This document shows, in pieces, positions 45,347 through 54,493 of a stretch of 64,000 nt of DNA; position 1 is the first letter of the stretch, and each line of letters begins with the position of its first letter. The position numbers were made by a program, and so were the translations under genes. The notes beneath the pieces were generated by a model that was given only the letters and a program-made list of their open reading frames with translations, made no database searches and was not told where the DNA came from. The DNA is from an uncultured Gammaproteobacteria bacterium (GTDB lineage Bacteria > Patescibacteriota > Microgenomatia > Levybacterales > GWA1-39-11), in the NCBI GenBank assembly GCA_964531275.1, contig CAZHDZ010000004.1:3068-67067 (forward strand). The letters run 5' to 3'.

Positions 45347-47667
45347 ATAATAGGCTCAGGAAATTCCTCAGAAGAACTACCAGAAGCTCTTGCTGCAACT
45401 TTTCCACTGGTCCATCTCTGAATTTCATTCTCAACAGCAACTCTATTTTTGCTGTATGTCACTCGAGACTTATCAACGATTTCAATTGAGTAATCAAAAG
45501 TTGGCTTTGGAACACTAATCGTATTTGCTGAAAATGGCGTAGTTAACTTTCCATCAACGGACATTTTTACGTACATTTCTCGAGTATTAAGATTTATCAT
45601 GTCATCAGGCTTAAAGGTTGGAGAAAATTCTTTTGCCAAATACGCTGCGTCATCTCCCCCAACAGCAAAGACCACCATTGATCCTACGTTGCCAAATGCT
45701 GTGGCCTTTACTTCATCTGGAAGCTGCGCAATGTACTGGTGTGCAATCGTTAGATCCAAATGATATTTTCGAGCCTCGGAAAGGATACTCGAGAAAGCGT
45801 CCGTTGCAAAATTCTGGAATTCATCAACATAAAAGTAAAAATCACGCCTTTCCTCTTCCTTCATCTTCGCACGCGCTAAAGCTGCCTGCTGAATTTTTGT
45901 AATGAACATTGACCCTAAAAGTGCGGCGTTCTCATCTCCCAACTTTCCTTTTGAAATATTAATAAGAACAATTTTTCCCTCATTCATGAATTTTTCAAAA
46001 TCTAATGCATTCTTTTGTTGGCCAATCATATTCCTAACTATTGGATTTGAAATAAATTGCCCTACTTTATTAAGAATAGGAACAATAGCCTCATTGGAAA
46101 ACTGCTGGTTATAAGTCGCAAATTCATTTGTCCAAAAAGCTTTCACTACTGGGTCTTTTATTTGCATAACCACCTGCTGACGATAAGCAGTATCGGACAA
46201 AATTCTTGGAATACCTAAAATATTTGAGTCCGGGGTTTCAAGTAGTGCAAGCGTAATGTATCGAATAAGATGCTCCATACGTGAATTCCAAGTTGCAGCA
46301 AACAACTTCTTAAATATTGCTATAAAAAATACTGATAAATGTTGCCTTGCCTCATAGTCAGCAATAGGCTCAAGAGGATTAAACCCAATAGGAAAATCGC
46401 GGTCTGTAGGGTTGATATATACAACATCTTTTATTCTGTCCTTTGGAACATACATTAAAAGCTCATCTGCTAAATCTCCATGGGGATCTAAAAGACAACA
46501 TCCGTGTCCATTTTGTATATCTGAAATAAGCAGTAATTCCAAAAGCCTACTTTTACCACTTCCAGTTTTTCCAACTACATATAAATGTCTGCGTCTATCT
46601 AGCCGTTTTATTCCAAACTCCTTACCATCATTTCTATAATTAGTTACTCCAAATACGGACATTTCATTTGATTTAGTTTGGCCTACTATCGGCAAAATGT
46701 CTGGTGCCGGTGCTCTTTTTGACGTCGTATTAACAACGCTGCTAACAATAGCCCCTTTGTATGGGAAGTGATAGATAGTTGCAATCTCTGGAGTGGACCA
46801 CAAGTCCCCTTTCTCAAACGTACGGAATTTAAATTTCTTTGATGACTCAATACTCCATATTCCTGCTTTTTTAAGCTCATTTGTTGTACTTTTTAAGCTC
46901 TTAAGTAAATTTACCACACTCTCAAGCTTTGTCTTTGCAATCTGATGATCAACCGCCATATAGACAATTCTTAATTCTCCTTGGTACAGGCTGTGTGTAA
47001 GTTTTGCCTTCCCGGGATGGCCAGCTTCATAATTTCTAGACATAAGCTTAAATAGTGCCACATGAGAACCACGCTGCCACCATTTTGAGCCAACTCTTTT
47101 TAGTACCAATTGAATTGCAACTTGTTCTCCCCGATCGATCTTTGAGAACATTGCCGACAAATTTTTCAAAAGATCTTCTTCTAAATACTTGTATGTACTA
47201 ATTGGATACATACTCCCTTTTTTAAAATTTAGACCTGCAACGACAGATTTTTCAGGCTTAAAACTTTCAAAATAATCCGGAACAATTTCAATCTCAGCAT
47301 CTGCATATTGGGCATAGAGCTGGGATTCAATTGCGTTTTTCTGAACCTCAGGAAGAACAATATAAAAACTTAAGAACTGATTTATCGAAACCATCTCAAA
47401 GCTTATATGTGATCCTTGAGGCAATAATCTATGAATTGAGCGCAAGAAGCCTTCCATAGCATCTTCTTTTTGCTCATTTGATGGAGGAATTTTGACAAGA
47501 AGAACTACGTCCTTAAATTTCTCTTTTCTTTCTATTTCTTTTTTCAATTGTCTTTTTCTAAATAGGGGCTTGAGTGCGAAACCGAGGATAATTAGTGTAG
47601 CAATTGAGAAAATAAATACGCCTACTGATATGAAAGCTGTGAGCACTAAATCCAATACCTGTTGCAT
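45343..47667 (-). CDS. VirD4/TraG/HerA-like ATPase with N-terminal membrane anchor
   Basis: RRRHLYVVGKTGSGKS, LDPHGDL, FNPLE, FYFYVDEFQNF, LSEARKY, AHQY. Confidence 0.88.
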   Translation of the reverse strand: MQQVLDLVLTAFISVGVFIFSIATLIILGFALKPLFRKRQLKKEIERKEKFKDVVLLVKIPPSNEQKEDAMEGFLRSIHRLLPQGSHISFEMVSINQFLSFYIVLPEVQKNAIESQLYAQYADAEIEIVPDYFESFKPEKSVVAGLNFKKGSMYPISTYKYLEEDLLKNLSAMFSKIDRGEQVAIQLVLKRVGSKWWQRGSHVALFKLMSRNYEAGHPGKAKLTHSLYQGELRIVYMAVDHQIAKTKLESVVNLLKSLKSTTNELKKAGIWSIESSKKFKFRTFEKGDLWSTPEIATIYHFPYKGAIVSSVVNTTSKRAPAPDILPIVGQTKSNEMSVFGVTNYRNDGKEFGIKRLDRRRHLYVVGKTGSGKSRLLELLLISDIQNGHGCCLLDPHGDLADELLMYVPKDRIKDVVYINPTDRDFPIGFNPLEPIADYEARQHLSVFFIAIFKKLFAATWNSRMEHLIRYITLALLETPDSNILGIPRILSDTAYRQQVVMQIKDPVVKAFWTNEFATYNQQFSNEAIVPILNKVGQFISNPIVRNMIGQQKNALDFEKFMNEGKIVLINISKGKLGDENAALLGSMFITKIQQAALARAKMKEEERRDFYFYVDEFQNFATDAFSSILSEARKYHLDLTIAHQYIAQLPDEVKATAFGNVGSMVVFAVGGDDAAYLAKEFSPTFKPDDMINLNTREMYVKMSVDGKLTTPFSANTISVPKPTFDYSIEIVDKSRVTYSKNRVAVENEIQRWTSGKVAARASGSSSEEFPEPII

Positions 47668-47698
47668 TATCTAAGTATACAACGGACCCACACACTTC

Positions 47699-49228
47699 TC
47701 ACTCCCACTCCATTGTGGCCGGAGGCTTTGTTGAAATATCGTATACAACCCTGCTGACATCTGGCACTTCATTGACAATTCTTGATGAAATAGCCTGAAG
47801 GACATCATAGGGTAATTTTGCCCATGTGGATGTCATAACATCATTACTCTCAACAACCCTCAGAGCAACAACTTCAGAAAAGCTTCTCCCATCTCCCTTC
47901 ACAGCCGTAGACATTGCCCCCGTCATAACCGGAAATGAAATAAATACTTTATCCAAGATTTTTGCCTTTTCTAATTCCTCAAGAACTATAATGTCTGCTT
48001 TTTCCTCCATCATAAGTCTTGCTTCTGTTACCTCGCCACGAATTCTGACAGCATATCCTGGACCAGGAAAAGGTTGCTTATATACAAATTCTTTAGGTAG
48101 GTCCATCTTAAGCCCAATTGCCCTTACTTCATCTTTGTAAAATTCTCTTACCGGCTCAAGCAACTTCATTCTCATATGCTTTGGGAGTCCCCCGACATTG
48201 TGGTGTGATTTTATCCTTGCGGCATGTTTTGTGCCTTTACTCTCAATAACGTCTGAATAGATGGTTCCTTGCATCAAAAACTCTGGTTTTATTCCGCTTT
48301 TTTCAAGCCGATCCAACTCCCTTTCAAATATTTCGACATAATGTCTTCCAATGATTTTTCGTTTTGTTTCTGAATCTTTAATACCTTTTAAAAGAATTAG
48401 CATTTCTGCCCTAACGTCAATTATTGTAGGTTTTATTCCGATATGTTCAAAAATTGCTTTTACATGCTCTGTTGTACCATGACGCATAAGTCCGTTATCA
48501 ACATATATCGGGTAAAAATGGTCTCCGATAGCTTTTGCGGTTATAACGGCAGCGACGGTGCTATCAACTCCGCCGCTTACGGCACCAATCACATAACTAT
48601 CTCCAACTTTTTCCTTTATGTCTTCTACCAATGCAAAAGGGGAAATTGTTTGCTTGCCAACTTTAATGCCACAAATGCCTATAAAATTTCTGAGAAGCTC
48701 TAACCCAAAATCCGTATGCTCTACTTCAGGATGAAATTGAAGCCCAAATACCTTTTTCTTTACATCCCCAACAATCGCAAATTTCATATTCTTTGTAGTA
48801 CCAAAAACTTTCATGCCATTTGGCACCTTTACTATTTCGTCTCCATGGCTCATCCAAGCTGTAAATCTAGGCAATACGTTTTTGCATAGTTGAGCCTCTT
48901 TTCCTCGAATTGAAAGGTCTACCTTGACCGGACCATACTCTTTTCTTCCCTGGACTACTTTTCCTCCATTTAAATGCGAAATGAGCTGCAAGCCATAACA
49001 AATACCAAGAAGGGGAATGCCAAGTGAAAAAATTGCAGGATCAATTGTTGGAGCACCATTTTCATATACAGATGCGGGGCCACCAGACAATATAATACCT
49101 TCAGGCTCTGGATACATGCCAAGACGGAATTTATGAGGCTCAGTTATTGTAACCTGCACACCTAATTCCTTTATCCGTCGCGCAATTAAATGAGTTGTTT
49201 GGGATCCAAAATCAATAATTAAAATCAT
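47699..49228 (-). CDS. guaA: GMP synthase (glutamine-hydrolysing)
   Basis: IDFGSQ, ILSGGPASV, GICYG, QFHPEV, SGGVDS, IKSHHNVGG, KPPATMEWE. Confidence 0.98.
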   Translation of the reverse strand: MILIIDFGSQTTHLIARRIKELGVQVTITEPHKFRLGMYPEPEGIILSGGPASVYENGAPTIDPAIFSLGIPLLGICYGLQLISHLNGGKVVQGRKEYGPVKVDLSIRGKEAQLCKNVLPRFTAWMSHGDEIVKVPNGMKVFGTTKNMKFAIVGDVKKKVFGLQFHPEVEHTDFGLELLRNFIGICGIKVGKQTISPFALVEDIKEKVGDSYVIGAVSGGVDSTVAAVITAKAIGDHFYPIYVDNGLMRHGTTEHVKAIFEHIGIKPTIIDVRAEMLILLKGIKDSETKRKIIGRHYVEIFERELDRLEKSGIKPEFLMQGTIYSDVIESKGTKHAARIKSHHNVGGLPKHMRMKLLEPVREFYKDEVRAIGLKMDLPKEFVYKQPFPGPGYAVRIRGEVTEARLMMEEKADIIVLEELEKAKILDKVFISFPVMTGAMSTAVKGDGRSFSEVVALRVVESNDVMTSTWAKLPYDVLQAISSRIVNEVPDVSRVVYDISTKPPATMEWE

Positions 49229-49264
49229 AATGGGGGACAGAGAAAATGGAGCGTTTCATAATTT

Positions 49265-49293
49265 AATATATTCGAATCACATATCTGTGTCAA
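49265..49293 (-). promoter_or_regulatory. Sigma70-type promoter of guaA
   Basis: TTGACA-17 nt-TATATT on the minus strand. Confidence 0.7.
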
Positions 49294-49321
49294 TTGCGTA
49301 TGTGTTTGGTACAATACCTCT

Positions 49322-50419
49322 ATGTTTGAAAGTAGAATAAGACTTCTTCAAGATGCCCTTTCTGATCACGAAATAGACGCTCTTCTTATTACATCTTCTT
49401 ATAATATTGCGTACCTTTCGGGTATCAATGCGTTTTCCGTTGAAGAACGTGAAGCAAAAATACTTATAACAAAGACCTCCATATACCTTTTTACCGACGC
49501 ACGATATACGGAAATGGTCAAAGAAAAAGCACCATTTATAGAACTTTCTGAAATTTCCTCAAATAATCCTTTTTCCAAGGCATTTCAAAAAGTAGTTGAT
49601 AAAGAACATCTTAAAGAAATCGGCTTTGAAGAGGAGTCAATAACGTATAAAGAAGCTGCTGATCTGGAGGAGAAATTTGGCAACTTGGAATTTATTCCAA
49701 CAGTTGACGTTGTAGAGAATATACGAACAGTAAAAGATGGTGAGGAGGCAGAACATGTTAAAAAAGCTTGCGCTCTTACTGACAAAGCGTATTCATTTAT
49801 CCTTAACTCTCTTGTTCCTGGCGTTACTGAAACTGAAGTCAAGGCACAATTAGAAAATTTTATGCGGCTTGAAGGAGGAGATCTTGCTTTTTCCTCAATC
49901 GTTGCCTTTGGGAAAAATTCAGCAATACCTCACCATTTATCTGATGAAACAAAACTTCAAGATCAAGACGTTGTACTTCTTGATTTCGGGGCAAAAATTG
50001 GCGGATATTGTAGCGATATGACTCGCACTGTATTTGTTGGAAAACCGACTGAAGACATGCACAAGATTTACCATGCAACCCTTGAAGCACAAGAAGTTGC
50101 AATTGATTATATCCGTACTCACATGGATGAAGGTTTTGAACTCAAAAAAGCTCACGAACTTGCAAATAGTCATCTTAATAAGCTTGAATTCCCTGATATC
50201 CCACATAGCTTAGGGCATGGTGTTGGGCTACAAGTCCATGAAATGCCAGTAGTATCACCTTATTCTGATGAAAAATTAGTCCCGGGAATGGTAATTACCA
50301 TTGAACCTGGTATATATATGCCAGGTCTTGGCGGTGTAAGAATTGAAGATACAGCAATCATTACAAGTGATGGCATTGAACTTCTCACAAAATCCCCTAA
50401 AGGGTTGACTGCCATTTAG
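49322..50419 (+). CDS. Xaa-Pro aminopeptidase (M24B, creatinase N-domain)
   Basis: TDARY, PHH, DFGA..GYCSDMTRT, HSLGHGVGLQVHE, TIEPGIY, GVRIED. Confidence 0.93.
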   Translation: MFESRIRLLQDALSDHEIDALLITSSYNIAYLSGINAFSVEEREAKILITKTSIYLFTDARYTEMVKEKAPFIELSEISSNNPFSKAFQKVVDKEHLKEIGFEEESITYKEAADLEEKFGNLEFIPTVDVVENIRTVKDGEEAEHVKKACALTDKAYSFILNSLVPGVTETEVKAQLENFMRLEGGDLAFSSIVAFGKNSAIPHHLSDETKLQDQDVVLLDFGAKIGGYCSDMTRTVFVGKPTEDMHKIYHATLEAQEVAIDYIRTHMDEGFELKKAHELANSHLNKLEFPDIPHSLGHGVGLQVHEMPVVSPYSDEKLVPGMVITIEPGIYMPGLGGVRIEDTAIITSDGIELLTKSPKGLTAI

Positions 50420-50440
50420 AATTGTTGTATTTTAATTGAC

Positions 50441-51136
50441 GTGAACAAAGTCCCATTTGTCGTTATAGGCATACTCTTATTAACAGCAGTTTTTGTTGCA
50501 GCATTCTCAAGCAATGACGGGAAAAATCCTTTAGACGCATTGGGAGATGTGTCTCCAACTCCAGCACTTAAGCTTAATAACACTCAAACAGATCAAAACG
50601 CACAGCAACAAGCCCAACAGCAACAGCAGCAACAAGCCCAAACCCCACAAGTTGTTCCAACCACACCACTATCTGATATACTATCTGCCACAGTGGTTAC
50701 CATACATACAGCAAAAGGAGACATTGTTCTTGACCTATATCCAAATGATGCTCCAAAAACAGTTCAAAATTTCGCAACACATGCCAAAAAAGGCTACTAC
50801 AATGGTCTTACATTCCATAGGGTAGAACCTGGATTTGTTATTCAAGGAGGGGATCCAAATGGCAATGGAACAGGAGGCTACTCTATTTTTGGCGCAACTT
50901 TTGCGGATGAATTAAATCCTGATACTGAAAGTTACAAAGCTGGCTATCAAGAAGGAGTACTTGCCATGGCAAATAGAGGACCAAATACTAATGGATCACA
51001 ATTTTTCATTATGCTTGCAGACAATACAACGCTCCCTAAAAATTACACAATATTCGGCAAAGTTAAGGAAGGTATGGATGTAGTTAAGCAAATCGTAAAA
51101 GGAGATAAAATGACCTCAGTTGAAGTAATCGAATAG
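50441..51136 (+). CDS. Membrane-anchored cyclophilin-type peptidyl-prolyl isomerase
   Basis: N-terminal TM, poly-Q linker; [46 protein letters not shown]. Confidence 0.93.
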   Translation: MNKVPFVVIGILLLTAVFVAAFSSNDGKNPLDALGDVSPTPALKLNNTQTDQNAQQQAQQQQQQQAQTPQVVPTTPLSDILSATVVTIHTAKGDIVLDLYPNDAPKTVQNFATHAKKGYYNGLTFHRVEPGFVIQGGDPNGNGTGGYSIFGATFADELNPDTESYKAGYQEGVLAMANRGPNTNGSQFFIMLADNTTLPKNYTIFGKVKEGMDVVKQIVKGDKMTSVEVIE

Positions 51137-51209
51137 GAAGTCATTGTTGTCCTTCGGACAGAATTTGTCCTGCGGCCATAAACTGCCCAGCGTTGAAGTA
51201 ATTGAATAG
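51119..51209 (+). repeat. Direct duplication of the PPIase gene 3' end flanking two mini-hairpins
   Basis: gttgaagtaatcgaatag (51119-51136) vs gttgaagtaattgaatag (51192-51209); between them tgtccttcggaca and tgtcctgcggcca. Confidence 0.75.
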
Positions 51210-51650
51210 TTACTGAAACAAGAATTTTACAAAGAACCACACCGAAGTAATTACCCCAATAACACTTAATGATTGCCAGGTCGTCTGCATAATGATCCAA
51301 GACTCTTCGCCCTTAAACCACTTTTTTGGCCACAATGTATGAGGAGCATTTCTATGTGCGTGTGCAAATTGCTCCAAGAACCAATAGATTTGTTCACCGA
51401 TTGAACGAACTGTCCAGAAAACTGAAAAAATAAGGAGAAAAAGACTCCATTGCTGGAAAAGAAGACAAAAAAGTGTAACTACGGCAAAGAAAAGTCCAAA
51501 TACGACAGCGTCAATCCACACAAATACCCCAATAGGCAAGAACCATCTTACCAATCCAAAAGGATTCTTCTTTTTTCTTATGCCAAGAACAAGTGCAACT
51601 ACCGAATAACAAAAGAAGACCACAAGAAATATATTTGAAAAAATATTCAT
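51210..51650 (-). CDS. Hypothetical integral membrane protein
   Basis: 146 aa with about 4 hydrophobic segments; RSIGEQIYWFLEQF. Confidence 0.7.
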   Translation of the reverse strand: MNIFSNIFLVVFFCYSVVALVLGIRKKKNPFGLVRWFLPIGVFVWIDAVVFGLFFAVVTLFCLLFQQWSLFLLIFSVFWTVRSIGEQIYWFLEQFAHAHRNAPHTLWPKKWFKGEESWIIMQTTWQSLSVIGVITSVWFFVKFLFQ

Positions 51651-51748
51651 AAAGTAAGGGGAATTATATCAAAAATGCGGTTTTGTTAGGTTTTTGTGAG
51701 GTAGCGGTGAAGCACAGCCCTACCCTCGGGCATACAATAGCCTTAATT

Positions 51749-53407
51749 ATGAGTGAATTCGCACCAACCATAGCACAACAACCAATAACAAATGGTGCTC
51801 CCATTCGACCTATGGGAGCTGAGAATTTTTCCGGCTTTTCCTCGAAGGGAATGTTCAAGGATATCCGCTCTAATTCAAGTGAAGGAATTATTGACATCAA
51901 TAATGGAATGGGCAAAGATTCCGAATTTCAAAGATCAGAATCTTTTGAATCCCAGGCCCAAGACAGCCAATCACTTTTTGACACCTCAAACCCTTATCAA
52001 GAGCAAGGAATTGGAAATTTTGATCAGCCCACACAAAGTACTGAAACTAGCTCAATCCAATCTATAGAAGAGCCAGCAAACGTCTCTAGAAATAAAGATA
52101 AGGAGTTCACCGACATGCTTTCTAACTCGACAGTGCTCTGGGAAAGTCCAACTTCAAAATTAAAAGGATACGGGACTCAAGAGGTGCCTGCTCAAAGAGT
52201 GGAAAAACCAACTCTTCTAAAAGAAAACGCAGAACACAGCATTCAGTCATCAGCGGGAGCTCACATAGAGACATCAAATAAGGGTTTGGTAGAGACTACA
52301 GCGGTGCCTGAGGGCCATGCAGAAGCATCTCCACAACAAGAAGCTGCAACAACAGGAAGAATTGTTACTATTCCAACGGAATCTGAACAAACTCCTACCT
52401 TACAAGCTCCAGTTGAAACAATGGATCAAAAAAAGGCTGAAGCCACCCAGACACAACCTGAAGGTGGTATTTCAACACAAACCGAAACTGAGAATACAGC
52501 ACTTTCTCAATCTCAACCAGAAACAAACATCAAAGAAAAATCAAAAACAATAACCAATGGCATAGCTATTACGGAAATAAATACTAAGCCAACAACTGCG
52601 CCCCAACTTCAACCTGAAGTTCGTACGCAAACAGAAACCACAACAACTACCACAGCTCTTGAAGCAGTAAGAGAAGAGGTAAGGCTAATGCCCGATACAA
52701 AAGAGGTAACAGTTACTCTCACTCAACCGTTGCCGGAGTTACAAAAACAAACAAAAACCCAAGTAATGGATAAAGAGGCTCTTGAGAAAATACTCGCAAC
52801 AGAAAAAGTTCAAAAAACTAAGGCTCAAACCGAAAAGGAGATTGATACAAAAGCAACTCCTACCATGAAAGGGGAAGAGGCAGCAGATCCTGAAAAAGAG
52901 GATGAAGATGAGACAACTATTAAGATTACAAAAGCTTGGTTTGAAGAAGATGTGGTAGCCAATAAAAATAGGAGACTAGAAATAGTTAAGGCATACGCTC
53001 TAGTGCACTATAAGTGGCTTAGACAGTACATTTCAAGAATCGATGGGTCAACGGTAGCTGATACTATTAAAAAACATCGGGATCGCGAAAAACTAGAGAG
53101 TCAATCGATAAAGCGTATTCAACGGGATGGTTCAGTTGATCCATTTGCAGAAACCATTGAAAAAGCAAAGGATATTGAAGCACTAGATGAATTAGATTCA
53201 TTATTGGACGATGCCGAGAGAGAATTCTCCGGGACTAACTTTACCGCTAAACCAACTCAAGAAATTATGGATGGAGAACAAATAGATCGTGTTCACAACG
53301 GAGAAGAGGAATTCTATGCAAATCTTGACGGAGAAGAAGTAAAAGTCATCATGAATGGAGCAAGAAATGCCAAAAAACCTACGTTTATAAGGGTCGAAAT
53401 GGAATAA
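51749..53407 (+). CDS. Large hypothetical protein, mostly low-complexity T/Q/E-rich
   Basis: Long ORF; start set to ATG 51749 (TACAAT 10 nt upstream); helical-looking C-terminal ~150 aa. Confidence 0.7.
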   Translation: MSEFAPTIAQQPITNGAPIRPMGAENFSGFSSKGMFKDIRSNSSEGIIDINNGMGKDSEFQRSESFESQAQDSQSLFDTSNPYQEQGIGNFDQPTQSTETSSIQSIEEPANVSRNKDKEFTDMLSNSTVLWESPTSKLKGYGTQEVPAQRVEKPTLLKENAEHSIQSSAGAHIETSNKGLVETTAVPEGHAEASPQQEAATTGRIVTIPTESEQTPTLQAPVETMDQKKAEATQTQPEGGISTQTETENTALSQSQPETNIKEKSKTITNGIAITEINTKPTTAPQLQPEVRTQTETTTTTTALEAVREEVRLMPDTKEVTVTLTQPLPELQKQTKTQVMDKEALEKILATEKVQKTKAQTEKEIDTKATPTMKGEEAADPEKEDEDETTIKITKAWFEEDVVANKNRRLEIVKAYALVHYKWLRQYISRIDGSTVADTIKKHRDREKLESQSIKRIQRDGSVDPFAETIEKAKDIEALDELDSLLDDAEREFSGTNFTAKPTQEIMDGEQIDRVHNGEEEFYANLDGEEVKVIMNGARNAKKPTFIRVEME

Positions 53408-53419
53408 AAATCAGGAAAT

Positions 53420-53899
53420 CTAGAATCTGAAGTGAGCGAATGCTTTGTTGGCATCTGCCATTTTATGTACTGAATCTCTCTTTCTTACAGCTTCTCCTTC
53501 ATTATTAAGAGCAGCAATTATTTCTGAAGCTAATTTTTCTGAAAAAGTCTTGTAATCAGTGTTTGGTTTCTTTCTTGTAGCGTCCAAAAGCCATCGGATT
53601 GAAAGAGAAATTTTTCTAGCTCCTCTTACTTCCATAGGAACCTGATATGCAGCTCCTCCTACTCTTTTTGCTCTTACTTCTTGCTTAGGTGCTATTGATT
53701 CAAGAGCTTTTTCAAAAGATTGAATTGGGTCCATACCTTTTTCCTTGAGGATATCGAGCGCATTATATACATTCTTCTGAGCAACGGTCTTCTTACCGTC
53801 TTCCATCACATTATTGATAAATTTTGTAAGTAATGTAGATCCATAAATAGGATCTGGGATCATTTTTCTTTTTTCAACTGTTTTATGTCCTCTTGGCAT
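53420..53899 (-). CDS. rpsG: 30S ribosomal protein uS7
   Basis: PDPIYGS, GKKTVA, RVGGAAYQVP, HKMADANKAFAHFR. Confidence 0.98.
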   Translation of the reverse strand: MPRGHKTVEKRKMIPDPIYGSTLLTKFINNVMEDGKKTVAQKNVYNALDILKEKGMDPIQSFEKALESIAPKQEVRAKRVGGAAYQVPMEVRGARKISLSIRWLLDATRKKPNTDYKTFSEKLASEIIAALNNEGEAVRKRDSVHKMADANKAFAHFRF

Positions 53900-53909
53900 A
53901 TTTTATAGG

Positions 53910-53981
53910 CAATTTTCAAATTTCAAATTCCAATTTTCAAACTATTGGTTTGATCAATTGGTATTTAGTTATTGATTATTT
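53910..53981. repeat. Heptamer-periodic imperfect hairpin (CAAATTT arm / ATTGGT arm)
   Basis: caatttt-caaattt-caaattc-caatttt-caaac | tattggt-ttgatca-attggta-tttagtt-attgatt between rpsL and rpsG. Confidence 0.65.
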
Positions 53982-53986
53982 ACAGC

Positions 53987-54412
53987 TCAAGCTTGAGCTG
54001 CGCCGCCTCCTTTCTTTGCTCCATACTTACTTCTCGAAGTCTTTCTTCCCTGAACTCCAGCAAGATCAAATTTACCTCTTACTAAATGGTATTTTACACC
54101 TGGCAAATCCTTTACACGACCGCCACGTACTAATACGATTCCGTGCTCAGCTAGATTGTGTCCAACACCCTGGATGTATGCTGTTACTTCTTCTCTATTT
54201 GAAAGCTTTACTCTTGCTACTTTTCTAAGAGCTGAATTAGGTTTTTTTGGAGTCATTGTTCTTACCAAAGTCACAACCCCTCTTTTTTGTGGAGATGGAT
54301 TTTCTGTATATGCTCTATTTTTTGCATTAAAAATAGTTCGCAAACCAGTTGCTTTGATTTTCTTGCCTTTTTTGGCTCTTCCTTTTTTAACTAATTGATT
54401 AAGTGTTGGCAT
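53987..54412 (-). CDS. rpsL: 30S ribosomal protein uS12
   Basis: [32 protein letters not shown]. Confidence 0.99.
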   Translation of the reverse strand: MPTLNQLVKKGRAKKGKKIKATGLRTIFNAKNRAYTENPSPQKRGVVTLVRTMTPKKPNSALRKVARVKLSNREEVTAYIQGVGHNLAEHGIVLVRGGRVKDLPGVKYHLVRGKFDLAGVQGRKTSRSKYGAKKGGGAAQA

Positions 54413-54425
54413 ATATCTCTTTTAA

Positions 54426-54475
54426 CTAGGGTTTAGTTTTTAGGGTTTAGTTCTAAACGCTAAGCGCTAAACGCT
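54426..54475. repeat. Heptamer-periodic imperfect inverted repeat (TAGGGTT arm / TAAACGC arm)
   Basis: tagggtt-tagtttt-tagggtt-tagttc-taaacgc-taagcgc-taaacgc between rpoC and rpsL; reverse-complement relative of 5630-5703. Confidence 0.7.
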
Positions 54476-54493
54476 TGAGTTGTATTATATCTC

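Noticed and set aside
47699-54412. Alternative genetic code 25 (TGA=Gly)
   Set aside because: guaA and rpsL end at TGA at their expected C-termini, and long genes have no in-frame TGA.
54426-54475. TTTAGGG/TAAACCC as telomere-like repeat or eukaryotic contamination
   Set aside because: Only 2-3 degenerate units, arranged as inverted arms inside bacterial operons.
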